From Acutalibacteraceae bacterium (GTDB lineage: Bacteria; Bacillota_I; Bacilli_A; RFN20; CAG-449), in NCBI GenBank assembly GCA_963610315.1, contig CAVDMV010000005.1, positions 22,659 through 86,658 on the forward strand: a stretch of DNA of 64,000 nucleotides, read 5' to 3'. This document shows positions 1 to 9,247 of the stretch, piece by piece (position 1 is the first letter of the stretch; each line of letters starts with the position of its first letter). Made by a program: the position numbers and the translations under genes. Below the pieces are notes generated by a model that saw only the letters and a list, made by a program, of their open reading frames with translations, was not told where the DNA came from and did not search any database.

Positions 1-1764
1 TAAAGTTGAAGTCATACCACTTGATTCAAGTTGGAAGATACCTTTAGTATAGCCATTATTTAAAGTAGAGAATGTTTCTTTATCATCTAAAGGAATGGCG
101 TTTAAAGAAATGTCAATATTATCTTTACTAAGCCTATAAAGACAATCTTCAACAATGGATAAATTTCTTAATCCAAGAACGTCCATTTTTAAAAATCCTT
201 GTTCTTCTAGATAATCTTTTTCATATTGACAAACTGCTTCATTATTTTCGTTATATGAAACAGGAATAACTTCATTTAATTTTTCTTTATTTAGTAAGAT
301 ACCAGCCGCATGAAGACCACTTTGACGAGGTAAACCTTCAATTAATAAAGCGATGTCATAAAGATTTTTAAAATAATCTTCTTTTAAGAAATCACGAAAA
401 TCTTTATTAGTATTATAAACTTCTTCAAGAGTGATTTGGTAATTCTTATTTAAACGAGATTGTAAAGAGATGTAATTAGACATGATATTAATATCATTAA
501 CGTTGTAATTAAGAACTCTTCCAGCATCTCGAAGAGCTTGCTTAGCTCCGATCGTTTGGAAAGTCACAATTAAAGAAGTATTATCTTTAGAATATTTATT
601 TTCAATGTAATGAATTAATTCTTCTCTTTTATAATCAGCGACGTCAATATCAATATCAGGCATTGATGTTCTTTCTGGATTGAGGAATCTTTCAAAATAT
701 AAATCATATTCTAATGGATCAATATCAGTAATATTAAGTAAGTAAGATACTAGTGACCCGACTGCGCTACCTCTTCCTGGACCAATTGGGATATTATGAG
801 TCTTCGCGTAATTAACGTAATCAGCGACAATTAAAAAATAGTCTAGATATCCCATTTTTTCAATGACATCTAATTCATAATTTAATCTATCTAAGTAAGT
901 AGATTTATCTTTAATATTTAAATTATCTAATTTGTTTTGGCATAGTGAAAAAACGTAATCTTTTTTATTTGGAATATTAGAAAAAGAATATAATGAACCT
1001 CTTTTTTCTAAGAAAGAGAAGTTAATTTCTTTTACAAGTTCATAAGTTCCGGCTATTTCGTTTTCAGTGTATAAACTATTTATTGCTTTTTCAGATAAAA
1101 AATAATATGGGCCAGTGATATCATTTATATCTCCATTAAATTTAACGTTTTCTTTTATACATTTAAGAATTTCAATAACTTTGGCATTCTTCTTTTGATA
1201 ATATTGGTGACGAGGGAAGGATAATGTTTTATAAGAGTGTTTTTTGGAAAACTCTCTTACTTTATTAATGACGCTTAAGTCACTGGAAGAATAAATCTCT
1301 AAACCTAAATAAAAAGATGAAAAGTTTTTTTGAATATTATAGATAAATGAAGATACATTAGAATCTTCATTATTAAATTTATTTTTTATATACTTATTAC
1401 TTACACAAGGTAAAACTAATATTAAACCTTTGGAATACTTATAAAATTCTTCTAAGGATAATGAAACATTATTTTTAGAAACTAATTTACAAATATTTCG
1501 ATATCCGTCCTCATCTTTAATATAGACAACAACATAGAAATCATTTTCTTCATATTTTAAATTTATTGACATACCAAAAATAGGTTTAGTTTGGCTTTTA
1601 GAAAATAAATGGTAGAACTTTGGATAAGCATAAACATTATTAATATCGCTTATGCCTAAGGCAGGATAAGAATTTATTGAAGCAATCTTAAAAAGATCTT
1701 CTAATTTTAAAGAAGAAGATAAAAATGTATATTCAGTATAAACATGTAAAGGAATATAGTTCAT
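1..1764 (-). CDS. dnaE: DNA polymerase III alpha subunit DnaE, N-terminal ~588 aa; the gene continues beyond the window start
   Basis: The reverse-strand translation starts MNYIPLHVYTEYTFL and contains the PHP-domain and polymerase-core motifs GYLDYFLIVADYVNYAKTHNIPIGPGRGSAVGSLVSYLLNITDIDP and FLKMDVLGLRNLS. An RBS AGGAGG sits 6 nt upstream of the ATG (rc of 1762-1764). This ORF is not in the supplied track because it runs off the edge. Confidence 0.8.
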   Translation of the reverse strand, partial: MNYIPLHVYTEYTFLSSSLKLEDLFKIASINSYPALGISDINNVYAYPKFYHLFSKSQTKPIFGMSINLKYEENDFYVVVYIKDEDGYRNICKLVSKNNVSLSLEEFYKYSKGLILVLPCVSNKYIKNKFNNEDSNVSSFIYNIQKNFSSFYLGLEIYSSSDLSVINKVREFSKKHSYKTLSFPRHQYYQKKNAKVIEILKCIKENVKFNGDINDITGPYYFLSEKAINSLYTENEIAGTYELVKEINFSFLEKRGSLYSFSNIPNKKDYVFSLCQNKLDNLNIKDKSTYLDRLNYELDVIEKMGYLDYFLIVADYVNYAKTHNIPIGPGRGSAVGSLVSYLLNITDIDPLEYDLYFERFLNPERTSMPDIDIDVADYKREELIHYIENKYSKDNTSLIVTFQTIGAKQALRDAGRVLNYNVNDINIMSNYISLQSRLNKNYQITLEEVYNTNKDFRDFLKEDYFKNLYDIALLIEGLPRQSGLHAAGILLNKEKLNEVIPVSYNENNEAVCQYEKDYLEEQGFLKMDVLGLRNLSIVEDCLYRLSKDNIDISLNAIPLDDKETFSTLNNGYTKGIFQLESSGMTSTL

Positions 1765-1975
1765 TCTTGCCTCCTAGTCTTTCAATATTATATATTAAAT
1801 TTTATAAAAAGAGTATTATAAATACTCTAGTAAAAGAAAAAACTAATTTAAAAGATATGAAGTTTTACTCGAAGATAACGTGATAAAAATTAATTTTAAA
1901 AAAGTGAAAATAATTGTTGAATTATTAACTTTTAACCTTTATAATCGTTTATGGTTGAAAAAAGGGGTGAAACAA

Positions 1976-2149
1976 ATGCCAAAAACAGTCGTTAGAGAAA
2001 ACGAATCATTAGATGACGCATTACGCAGATTCAAGAGACAAGTTAACAAAGCTGGAACCCTTCAAGAAGCAAGAAAACGCGAATTCTATTTAAAGCCAGG
2101 TATGAAGAGAAAACTCAAATCAGAAATGGCTCGTAGAAATCATTATTAA
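1976..2149 (+). CDS. rpsU: 30S ribosomal protein S21
   Basis: [42 protein letters not shown] is the canonical S21 sequence. An RBS AAGGGG precedes the ATG at 1976. The track ORF 1880.. is an upstream in-frame extension that is unlikely to be translated. Confidence 0.9.
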   Translation: MPKTVVRENESLDDALRRFKRQVNKAGTLQEARKREFYLKPGMKRKLKSEMARRNHY

Positions 2150-2161
2150 TTCTATGAAGTA

Positions 2162-2195
2162 AATAAAGTGGACCTTCGGGTTCACTTTTTTTATT
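2162..2195 (+). terminator. Rho-independent terminator of rpsU
   Basis: GC-rich hairpin GTGGACCTTCGGGTTCAC followed by a T run. Confidence 0.7.
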
Positions 2196-2230
2196 GGCTG
2201 ACTAGACACCTAGTTTTTTTGTAGTTAATA

Positions 2231-2265
2231 ATTACTAAACTTTTTGTTTAAAATCTTTAAATATT
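2231..2265 (+). repeat. Copy 1 of a ~34-bp direct repeat (AATTACTAAACTT..TTGTT.AAAATCTTTAAA)
   Basis: Near-identical to 2324-2358. Each copy contains a -35-like TTGTTT / TTGTTA and an AT-rich spacer. Confidence 0.6.
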
Positions 2266-2323
2266 AATATATTTTTATTGCAACTAAAAAATCACTTGTT
2301 TATAATGCTTTCGTTAGGTTTAG

Positions 2324-2358
2324 AATTACTAAACTTATTTGTTAAAATCTTTAAACTT
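2324..2358 (+). promoter_or_regulatory. Copy 2 of the direct repeat; ends ~12 bp before the RBS (GAAGGTG) and start (2374) of the XRE-cupin regulator, so likely its promoter/operator
   Basis: Sequence identity with 2231-2265. Carries TTGTTA then a TAAACT-like -10, then the RBS. Confidence 0.45.
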
Positions 2359-2373
2359 TAAGAAGGTGATTTC

Positions 2374-2907
2374 ATGAAAATAGGTAAGAAGATTAAAGAG
2401 CTTAGAACCTTATATAACTTGACCCAAGAGGAACTCGCGGATCGTACTGATTTAACTAAAGGTTATATCTCTCAACTTGAGAATGATTTAACTGAACCAA
2501 GCATTTCAACTTTAGTTGATATAGTTAATGCGCTTGGAACTAATTTAAGTGATTTCTTTTCTGAACAATCAAGTGATCAAATCGTATTTTCAACTAATGA
2601 TTATATTGAAAAAGATTATGATGGTTATAAAATTACTTGGTTAGTTAATAACGCACAAAAGAATGAGATGGAACCAATTTTAGTTTCGATTTATCCGCAT
2701 AGTGAAACTGAAAAAGATTATCCTCATGAAGGACAAGAATTCGGCTATGTTTTAGAAGGAGAAATACTTCTTTGCATCGATAGTAAAAAAATCAAAGTAA
2801 AAAAAGGGGAGACTTTCTACTTTGATAGTTCAAAGAATCATTATCTTAAAAATGTTAAAGATAAAATCGCAAAAGTTATTTGGGTTTCAAGCCCACCAAA
2901 CTTTTAA
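2374..2907 (+). CDS. XRE-family HTH transcriptional regulator with C-terminal cupin domain (PuuR-like architecture)
   Basis: N-terminal HTH: IGKKIKELRTLYNLTQEELADRTDLTKGYISQLEN. The C-terminal ~100 aa beta-rich region with G..H..E.GYVLEGE looks like a cupin. It lies immediately upstream of potABCD. Confidence 0.7.
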   Translation: MKIGKKIKELRTLYNLTQEELADRTDLTKGYISQLENDLTEPSISTLVDIVNALGTNLSDFFSEQSSDQIVFSTNDYIEKDYDGYKITWLVNNAQKNEMEPILVSIYPHSETEKDYPHEGQEFGYVLEGEILLCIDSKKIKVKKGETFYFDSSKNHYLKNVKDKIAKVIWVSSPPNF

Positions 2908-2931
2908 ATGTAATTAATAAGGAGAAGCAAA

Positions 2932-4449
2932 ATGGCAAACAATGATATTATTTTAGAATTAAAAAATGTTAATAAAGTTTTTGATGATTCATATGCAGTT
3001 GAAAACTTTAATCTCTATGTTAAAAAGGGAGAATTTGTTACTTTCTTAGGCCCTTCTGGATGTGGCAAAACAACTACATTAAGAATGATTGGAGGATTTG
3101 AAGTTCCAACAAGTGGCCAAATCTTATTAAATGGTGAAGATATCGCCCAACTTCCACCATATAAAAGACCGTTAAATACTGTTTTCCAAAGATATGCATT
3201 ATTTCCACATTTAGATGTATACGATAATATTGCATTTGGTCTTAAACTTAAGAAAGTTCCTTATGAAGTAACTAATAAACGTGGTGAAAAAGTTACAAAA
3301 TTTAGACACTATACTCGTGATGAGATAGATACAAAAGTTATTAAAGCTTTAAAAATTGTTGATCTAGAACAATTTGAAAATCGTAATGTTACAACTTTAT
3401 CAGGTGGTCAACAACAAAGAGTCGCGATTGCCCGTGCAATTGTTAATGAACCAGAAATCTTACTTCTTGATGAACCTTTAGGCGCGCTTGATTTAAAGAT
3501 GAGAAAAGAAATGCAACTTGAATTAAAAGAAATGCATCGTAAACTCGGTATTACTTTTATTTATGTTACTCATGACCAAGAAGAAGCTTTAACAATGTCA
3601 GATACAATCGTTGTTATGAAAGATGGCCAAATTCAACAAATTGGTACACCAATGGATATTTATAATGAACCTAAAAATGCTTTCGTTGCAGACTTTATCG
3701 GTGAATCAAATATTTATTTAGGTACAATGATTGGTAAAAAGAAAGTTAGATTCTTAGGTGCATCTTGGGATTGTATTGATGATTTCCCTAAGAACGAAAA
3801 AGTTGATGTAGTAATTAGACCTGAAGATATTAAGATGAATCCAAAAGGCGAAGGTGTCATTGATGCAAAAATCGTCAATAAAATCTTTAAAGGTATTCAT
3901 TATCAATTTACTGCGATGGTCGGTAATTACGAAGTAGAAATTCAATCTACTATTGATCATCCAGTCGGCGAAGAAATCTCATTAACAATTGAACCTTCTT
4001 TAATTCAAATTATGACTAGAGAATTTGTTTCTAACGTTTATGAAGATGCTTATATTAATAAGAATAATCAAGTTGTTTTTGCTGGTGCCTCTTGGGATTG
4101 TGATGTAACAACATTATTAGAAGGATCTTCTTTAGATGAAGAAGGTTACTTAGTTTCTAAAGATGGAACAAAGAAATATGATTTAAATGACTTAGATGTT
4201 ATCGCAGAAGTCGATATGGGTGATATTGAAATTTCTGATAATTTAGACGAAGGTAACATTCAAGGTAATATTATCCAAATGGTTTGGAAAGGTGACCATT
4301 ACCAATTAATTGTAAGAACAGAAGATGAAGAAGACTTTGTAGTTGATACTCAATGGACATGGAATGAAAATGATACTGTCAGCGTTAAAATTGATTCTCC
4401 TAAGATCAAATTAAAATTAAAGGCGGATTTATCTAAGTATGAAATTTAA
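2932..4449 (+). CDS. potA: Spermidine/putrescine ABC transporter ATP-binding protein PotA, extended form (505 aa)
   Basis: Walker A GPSGCGKTT, ABC signature LSGGQQQRVAIARA, Walker B ILLLDEP, H-loop VTHDQ. There is a ~25-aa insertion at VPYEVTNKRGEKVTKFRHYTRDEIDTK. Two C-terminal regulatory-domain repeats begin VRFLGASWDC and VVFAGASWDC. Confidence 0.85.
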   Translation: MANNDIILELKNVNKVFDDSYAVENFNLYVKKGEFVTFLGPSGCGKTTTLRMIGGFEVPTSGQILLNGEDIAQLPPYKRPLNTVFQRYALFPHLDVYDNIAFGLKLKKVPYEVTNKRGEKVTKFRHYTRDEIDTKVIKALKIVDLEQFENRNVTTLSGGQQQRVAIARAIVNEPEILLLDEPLGALDLKMRKEMQLELKEMHRKLGITFIYVTHDQEEALTMSDTIVVMKDGQIQQIGTPMDIYNEPKNAFVADFIGESNIYLGTMIGKKKVRFLGASWDCIDDFPKNEKVDVVIRPEDIKMNPKGEGVIDAKIVNKIFKGIHYQFTAMVGNYEVEIQSTIDHPVGEEISLTIEPSLIQIMTREFVSNVYEDAYINKNNQVVFAGASWDCDVTTLLEGSSLDEEGYLVSKDGTKKYDLNDLDVIAEVDMGDIEISDNLDEGNIQGNIIQMVWKGDHYQLIVRTEDEEDFVVDTQWTWNENDTVSVKIDSPKIKLKLKADLSKYEI

Positions 4450-5227
4450 GAGAAAATATTTATCAATTCCATATTTTTTATTCTTAGTTCTCTTCGTTGT
4501 CGTTCCTGTTTTATTTATCGTTTATTATGCTTTCACTAATAAAGGTGGATCATTCTCTTTCGATAATTTAACTAAGTTCTTCTCTGATTCTTCTAATATC
4601 AATGTCTTATTAATTTCTTTATCATTCGCGATTATTAATACCGTTATTTGTTTAATTATTGGTTATCCTCTCGCGATGATTCTTGCGAATAAAAAATACA
4701 ATAAATCCGCGGTTATCGTTATGATGTTTATTATGCCTATGTGGATTAATTTCGTCATTAGAACATCCGCGACTAGAGATGTTTTAAACTGGATTGGTAT
4801 TTCTACTGGTTCACAATCAACATTAACAACTATTATTGGTTTAGTTTACAACTACTTACCATTTACAATTTTACCTTTATATACAACGATGTTAAAAATG
4901 GATCGTTCCCAAATTGAAGCAAGTAAAGATTTAGGCGCAAACTCATTTCAAACATTCTTTAAGGTAATTATCCCAATGACAATGCCAGGAATTGTTTCCG
5001 CGGCAACCATGGTCTTTATGCCTACTTTATCAAGTTACGTCATCTCAGATATTCTTTCTGAATATAACGTTGTTTTATTTGGTAGTTATATCGACTTATA
5101 TTTCAATCAAGCTGATTGGAACTTTGGATCATTTATGGCTTTAATCATGCTCTTATTAATTGGTTTAAGTGTCTTTATCCAAAGAAAATTCTCAAAAGAT
5201 GAAGGAGGTAGAAGATCTATATGGTAG
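4439..5227 (+). CDS. potB: Polyamine ABC transporter permease PotB
   Basis: Six predicted TM segments. The ABC permease EAA-like loop is EASKDLGANSFQTFFKVIIP. The start overlaps the potA stop. Confidence 0.8.
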   Translation: MKFKRKYLSIPYFLFLVLFVVVPVLFIVYYAFTNKGGSFSFDNLTKFFSDSSNINVLLISLSFAIINTVICLIIGYPLAMILANKKYNKSAVIVMMFIMPMWINFVIRTSATRDVLNWIGISTGSQSTLTTIIGLVYNYLPFTILPLYTTMLKMDRSQIEASKDLGANSFQTFFKVIIPMTMPGIVSAATMVFMPTLSSYVISDILSEYNVVLFGSYIDLYFNQADWNFGSFMALIMLLLIGLSVFIQRKFSKDEGGRRSIW

Positions 5228-6111
5228 AAAATGTTTCTAATAAAAAATCTAATCCATTTACTAAAATTAAAAATTTCTTCATCGATCCAAAAACTCATAA
5301 AGTATCAAAAGAGAATGTCACTAAAGTACTCGCGAAATTCTATATGTACTTTATCTTATTATTAATGTATGCACCTATTATCATCTTAATGATTTTCTCA
5401 TTTACTGAATCAAATGAATTAGGTTGGACTGGTTTTAGCTTTGGTTTATATGTTAAATTATTTCAAAATACAAAACTCATGACCGCGGTAGGAAATACTT
5501 TCTTAATTGCCGTAGTTTCGGCCGTTGTTTCAACTATCTTAGGTACATTAGGTGCGATTGGTACTTTCTACGCATCAAGAAAATATAAAAAGACCGTTGA
5601 AACAATGACTCAACTTCCTGTTGTTAACGCAGAAATTGTTATGGCGTTATCTCTTGCAGTTGTCTTTAAAACTATTAATACAAGCTATACATTCTTTACT
5701 TTATTAATTGGTCATGTCGTTTTAACTGTTGCATTTGTTTATTTAAATGTTAAACCTAAACTCGCTCAAATGGATCCAAATACATATGAAGCAGCTTTAG
5801 ATTTAGGTGCAACTCCAATGCAAGGTTTATTTAAAGTAATTCTTCCAGAAATTATTCCTGGTATTTTATCTGGTTTCTTAATTTCTATTACATTATCTTT
5901 AGATGACTTTGTCATTACTCAATATTTAAAAGAACCTTCTTTTGAAACTATTTCAACATATATTCAAAAGATTGTCGCAAAACACCCAATTCCAGCTGAA
6001 GTAAGAGCTTTAACTACTCTCATTTTCTTAGTAGTTCTTGCTTTTGTTATTGGTATTACTATTTATAATAATAAAAAAGCGAATAAAATCGCTTCAAGTA
6101 GGAGGAAGTAA
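5221..6111 (+). CDS. potC: Polyamine ABC transporter permease PotC
   Basis: Multi-TM protein with EAA loop EAALDLGATPMQGLFKVILPE. The start overlaps the potB stop, and a 40-aa N-terminal extension precedes the first TM. Confidence 0.8.
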   Translation: MVENVSNKKSNPFTKIKNFFIDPKTHKVSKENVTKVLAKFYMYFILLLMYAPIIILMIFSFTESNELGWTGFSFGLYVKLFQNTKLMTAVGNTFLIAVVSAVVSTILGTLGAIGTFYASRKYKKTVETMTQLPVVNAEIVMALSLAVVFKTINTSYTFFTLLIGHVVLTVAFVYLNVKPKLAQMDPNTYEAALDLGATPMQGLFKVILPEIIPGILSGFLISITLSLDDFVITQYLKEPSFETISTYIQKIVAKHPIPAEVRALTTLIFLVVLAFVIGITIYNNKKANKIASSRRK

Positions 6112-7925
6112 TGATGAATAAGAATTTATTAATCGCTAGTTCATTAATTTTATTATTATCATCAAGTGTTGCGATAAATTCTCGTAATGTATCTCCAGTT
6201 AAAGGTGAAGAACTAGTTAGTGATGAATTTAAAGGTCAAACTTTAACTATCTATAACTGTGAAGATTATATTTCTCAAGGTGAAGATGATTCTCGTGATT
6301 TAATTGGTGAATTTGAAGAGATGTATGGAGTTAAAGTTAATTATTATACATATGATACTAATGAAACAATGTATAACCAATTCACTTTACAAAAAGAAGG
6401 AACATACGATTTAATTTGTACTTCTGAATATATGCTTCAAAAAATGGTGAAGAATAACTTACTTGAACCATTAGTTAATAAAGAACAAAATATTCCTAAT
6501 TATTATTCTTATGTTTCACCAACATTACAAGAAAAGCTTGAAAACATGTCTGTTACTCTTAACGGTAAACAAACTAATTTAAGTGATTATGCAGTTGGTT
6601 ACATGTGGGGTACATTAGGTATTATCTATGATCCAAGCGTCAATGACGGAAAAATTCAAGATGATGTAATGAGTTGGGATATCTTATGGAATAGTGATTA
6701 TAAAGATTTAATTTCGATTAAGAATTCAATGAGAGATACTTTCGTTGTTGGCTTAATGCATTATTATTCTCAAGATGAAAACTTTAAGAAAGTAATGGAT
6801 GCTTATTTATCTTCGCCTAGCGAAGAAACTTATGAAGCTTATAATGCTTTAGTTCAAGATACATTTGATTTTAAATTAGATGGAAGCGCGACAAGTGATC
6901 AAGAAAACAAAGAAAAAATTGAAAATGTTAAAAATGAATTAATTTCTTTAAAAGATAATATCTTTGGCTTTGAAGTTGATTCAGGTAAAAATGATATTAT
7001 CACTGGTAAAATTAAATTAAATACAGCTTGGAGTGGTGACGCCGTATATTCAATGCAAACTGCTTTAGAAGAATATGGAAAAGTCTTAGAATATAAAGTT
7101 CCTAATGATGGAGGTAACATCTGGTATGATGGATGGGTTACTCCTAAAGGAGCGAATAAAGAACTCGCTTATAAGTTCTTAGATTTCTTATCTGATCCTT
7201 CTTCTGCCGCGGATAATATGGATTATATCGGTTATACACCATTTGTAGTTGGTGATGATATTTATAATTTAGCCGCGTCTAATTATGGGGTAGGTTCATA
7301 TGATCCTTATATTACTTACTATTATTATCCAGAAGAAGAATATGGCGATTACGTCTATTATGATAATAAGTTATATATGTGTATTAAAGATACAGAAGAA
7401 GGTATCTTACCAACTAATGAAGAATATTTTGAACTTGAAGAATATGATGAAGAATATGCTTATTCTGAAGGTGATATCGTTTCATTAAATGGTAAATTCT
7501 ATAACTGCTTAGAAGATGAACAATTAAATACTTTAGTAGTCGATAGTGAAGGTAATTCTTTAGTCGATAGTTGGGAAGAAAATGTTGGTTATGATTTAAG
7601 CCATTTATTTGAAGGCTCATTTGAAGACGAAAATAGAGAAGCAATCATCTATCCTTTCTTAGGTAGCGAAAACCAACTTGAAACACAATATCCAAGCGAA
7701 GAAATTATCGCTCGTTGCGCGATTATGAATGACTTTGGTGATTATAACGATGCAGTTATTATTATGTGGGGACAAGTTAAAGCTTATACTGATATGACTC
7801 CTATTTATATATTCTTATCTATCGTTGCTTTAATAGGTATTGGAGGAATTTCTTATTCGATCATTAAAAGAAATTTATCCGCGCATTATAAACGTAACGC
7901 GATGAAAAAAGAACAAGCTAAATAA
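6111..7925 (+). CDS. potD: PotD-like polyamine-binding protein, unusually large (604 aa), with N-terminal signal, acidic Tyr-rich insertion and C-terminal TM anchor
   Basis: Signal-like N-terminus MMNKNLLIASSLILLLSSSVAI, then SBP family-1-like sequence (TIYNCEDYI..., LNTAWSGDAVY). An insertion at ~7300-7620 carries two YxxGDxVxxNGKxYxC motifs. The C-terminal hydrophobic helix IYIFLSIVALIGIGGISYSII is followed by KRN. Translationally coupled to potC. Confidence 0.7.
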   Translation: MMNKNLLIASSLILLLSSSVAINSRNVSPVKGEELVSDEFKGQTLTIYNCEDYISQGEDDSRDLIGEFEEMYGVKVNYYTYDTNETMYNQFTLQKEGTYDLICTSEYMLQKMVKNNLLEPLVNKEQNIPNYYSYVSPTLQEKLENMSVTLNGKQTNLSDYAVGYMWGTLGIIYDPSVNDGKIQDDVMSWDILWNSDYKDLISIKNSMRDTFVVGLMHYYSQDENFKKVMDAYLSSPSEETYEAYNALVQDTFDFKLDGSATSDQENKEKIENVKNELISLKDNIFGFEVDSGKNDIITGKIKLNTAWSGDAVYSMQTALEEYGKVLEYKVPNDGGNIWYDGWVTPKGANKELAYKFLDFLSDPSSAADNMDYIGYTPFVVGDDIYNLAASNYGVGSYDPYITYYYYPEEEYGDYVYYDNKLYMCIKDTEEGILPTNEEYFELEEYDEEYAYSEGDIVSLNGKFYNCLEDEQLNTLVVDSEGNSLVDSWEENVGYDLSHLFEGSFEDENREAIIYPFLGSENQLETQYPSEEIIARCAIMNDFGDYNDAVIIMWGQVKAYTDMTPIYIFLSIVALIGIGGISYSIIKRNLSAHYKRNAMKKEQAK

Positions 7926-7933
7926 ATTTGTTA

Positions 7934-7966
7934 ATCTTAGGTTTGAAATATAACCTAAGATTTTTT
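7934..7966 (+). terminator. Terminator after potD
   Basis: Hairpin AATCTTAGGTT...AACCTAAGATT followed by TTTTT. Confidence 0.7.
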
Positions 7967-8151
7967 GTTAAATCGGGCATATTCTACTTCTAGTAGAGGC
8001 CTATTCTTTTATTAATAGAATAAGAAATTTATTCTCTATTTTTCAAGTTTATAAGAGTGGACTTAAAATATAACAATTTGTTTTTAATTTATTAAATTTT
8101 TCTTTATACTATTTTTGCGATTCGTTAGTAACGCAAAATAAGGAGAAAAAA

Positions 8152-9135
8152 ATGAAAAGAATTCCTTTAGTATTTACTATTGATGATAACTATGCAAAAT
8201 TTTTATCAGTCACATTAACTTCAATTTTAAAGCATGCATCAAAAGATAATTTTTATATCTTTTATATTTTTAATCCTGGATTACACCTTGATTCAATTGA
8301 ATTATTAAATAAGTTTAATACTTCTAACTCAAAAGTAAATTTTATTTCGTGTGCCCTTAAAGCCCAAACAATGGTTGAAGATTTACCAATTAGAGATTAT
8401 TATTCTCGCGCGATCTATTATCGTATCTTTACTCAAAGCTTATTACCAAATGAAGATAAAGTTCTTTATATGGATAGTGATATTGTAGTTTTAGATGATA
8501 TTGCAAAATTATATAACACTGATATTGGTGATAACTTAGTCGGTGCAGTTCCAGATTATGCTGTATCAATTATCGATGAATTTATTCTTTATGTCGAAGA
8601 AGCATTAGGTATTAAATATACTAATTATTTTAATTCTGGCGTAATGATTTTAAATTTAAAGAAATTTAGAGAAGTAAATTTAGAAGAAAAATTTATTTCG
8701 ACATTAAATAAATTTAAATTTGATGTCGCACCTGATCAAGATTGCTTAAATGTTCTTTGTAAAGATCAAGTATATTATTTAGATACCACTTGGAATAAGA
8801 TGCCATTAGGAGAAAATTATATTCCTTCTTTAGTTCATTACAATTTAACTTTTAAACCTTGGAAGTACGATAATATCATGTATGAAGAATATTTCTGGGA
8901 AAATGCGCTTAACGCGAATGTAATAGATGAAATAAAAGAAATTAAAGCTTCTTTTACTGAAGCAATGGCAAAAAGAGATTTAGAAGGTGGAGAACTTTTA
9001 AAAGTTAAATGCGTTGAAGAAGCTCATTCTTATTATAATTATCGTCGTATCACAAGAAGAGAAAATTCATTTCTTTATGATATCTATGCACGAATTAGAA
9101 TTTTAATTAGAAAATTCACTAGAAAACACGCTTAA
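8152..9135 (+). CDS. Glycosyltransferase family 8 (LPS glucosyl/galactosyltransferase / GspA-like)
   Basis: N-terminus IPLVFTIDDNYAKFLSVTLTSIL; DxD region YMDSDIVVLDDIAKLY; later NSGVMILNLKKFRE. All are typical of GT8. Confidence 0.75.
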   Translation: MKRIPLVFTIDDNYAKFLSVTLTSILKHASKDNFYIFYIFNPGLHLDSIELLNKFNTSNSKVNFISCALKAQTMVEDLPIRDYYSRAIYYRIFTQSLLPNEDKVLYMDSDIVVLDDIAKLYNTDIGDNLVGAVPDYAVSIIDEFILYVEEALGIKYTNYFNSGVMILNLKKFREVNLEEKFISTLNKFKFDVAPDQDCLNVLCKDQVYYLDTTWNKMPLGENYIPSLVHYNLTFKPWKYDNIMYEEYFWENALNANVIDEIKEIKASFTEAMAKRDLEGGELLKVKCVEEAHSYYNYRRITRRENSFLYDIYARIRILIRKFTRKHA

Positions 9136-9247
9136 TTAGTCTTAGTCGCTTAAAGGCGACTTTTTCTTTTTAAAGGGAAAATAGGATATTTTCAAAAGAA
9201 TAAATTTATTGTATAATTTACTAGTGACTCAAAAGGAGATTTATTTT

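Noticed and set aside
1880-1975. 5' extension of rpsU (track ORF starts at 1880)
   Set aside because: The S21 homology begins at the Met at 1976, which has its own RBS. The extension is AT-rich leader sequence.
3754-3960. Short antisense ORFs from the track (3754-3960, 5107-5298, 6899-7120, 7300-7644, 11089-11313, 11349-11543, 11625-11822, 13517-13762, 17801-18031, 22150-22446, 29486-29860, 31083-31289, 34029-34217, 34697-35014, 38410-38598, 47671-47856, 49853-50083, 51257-51505, 53735-53917, 54262-54693, 55345-55722, 56437-56661)
   Set aside because: All are embedded in, and antisense or out of frame to, long well-supported genes. They have low-complexity composition typical of spurious ORFs in AT-rich DNA.
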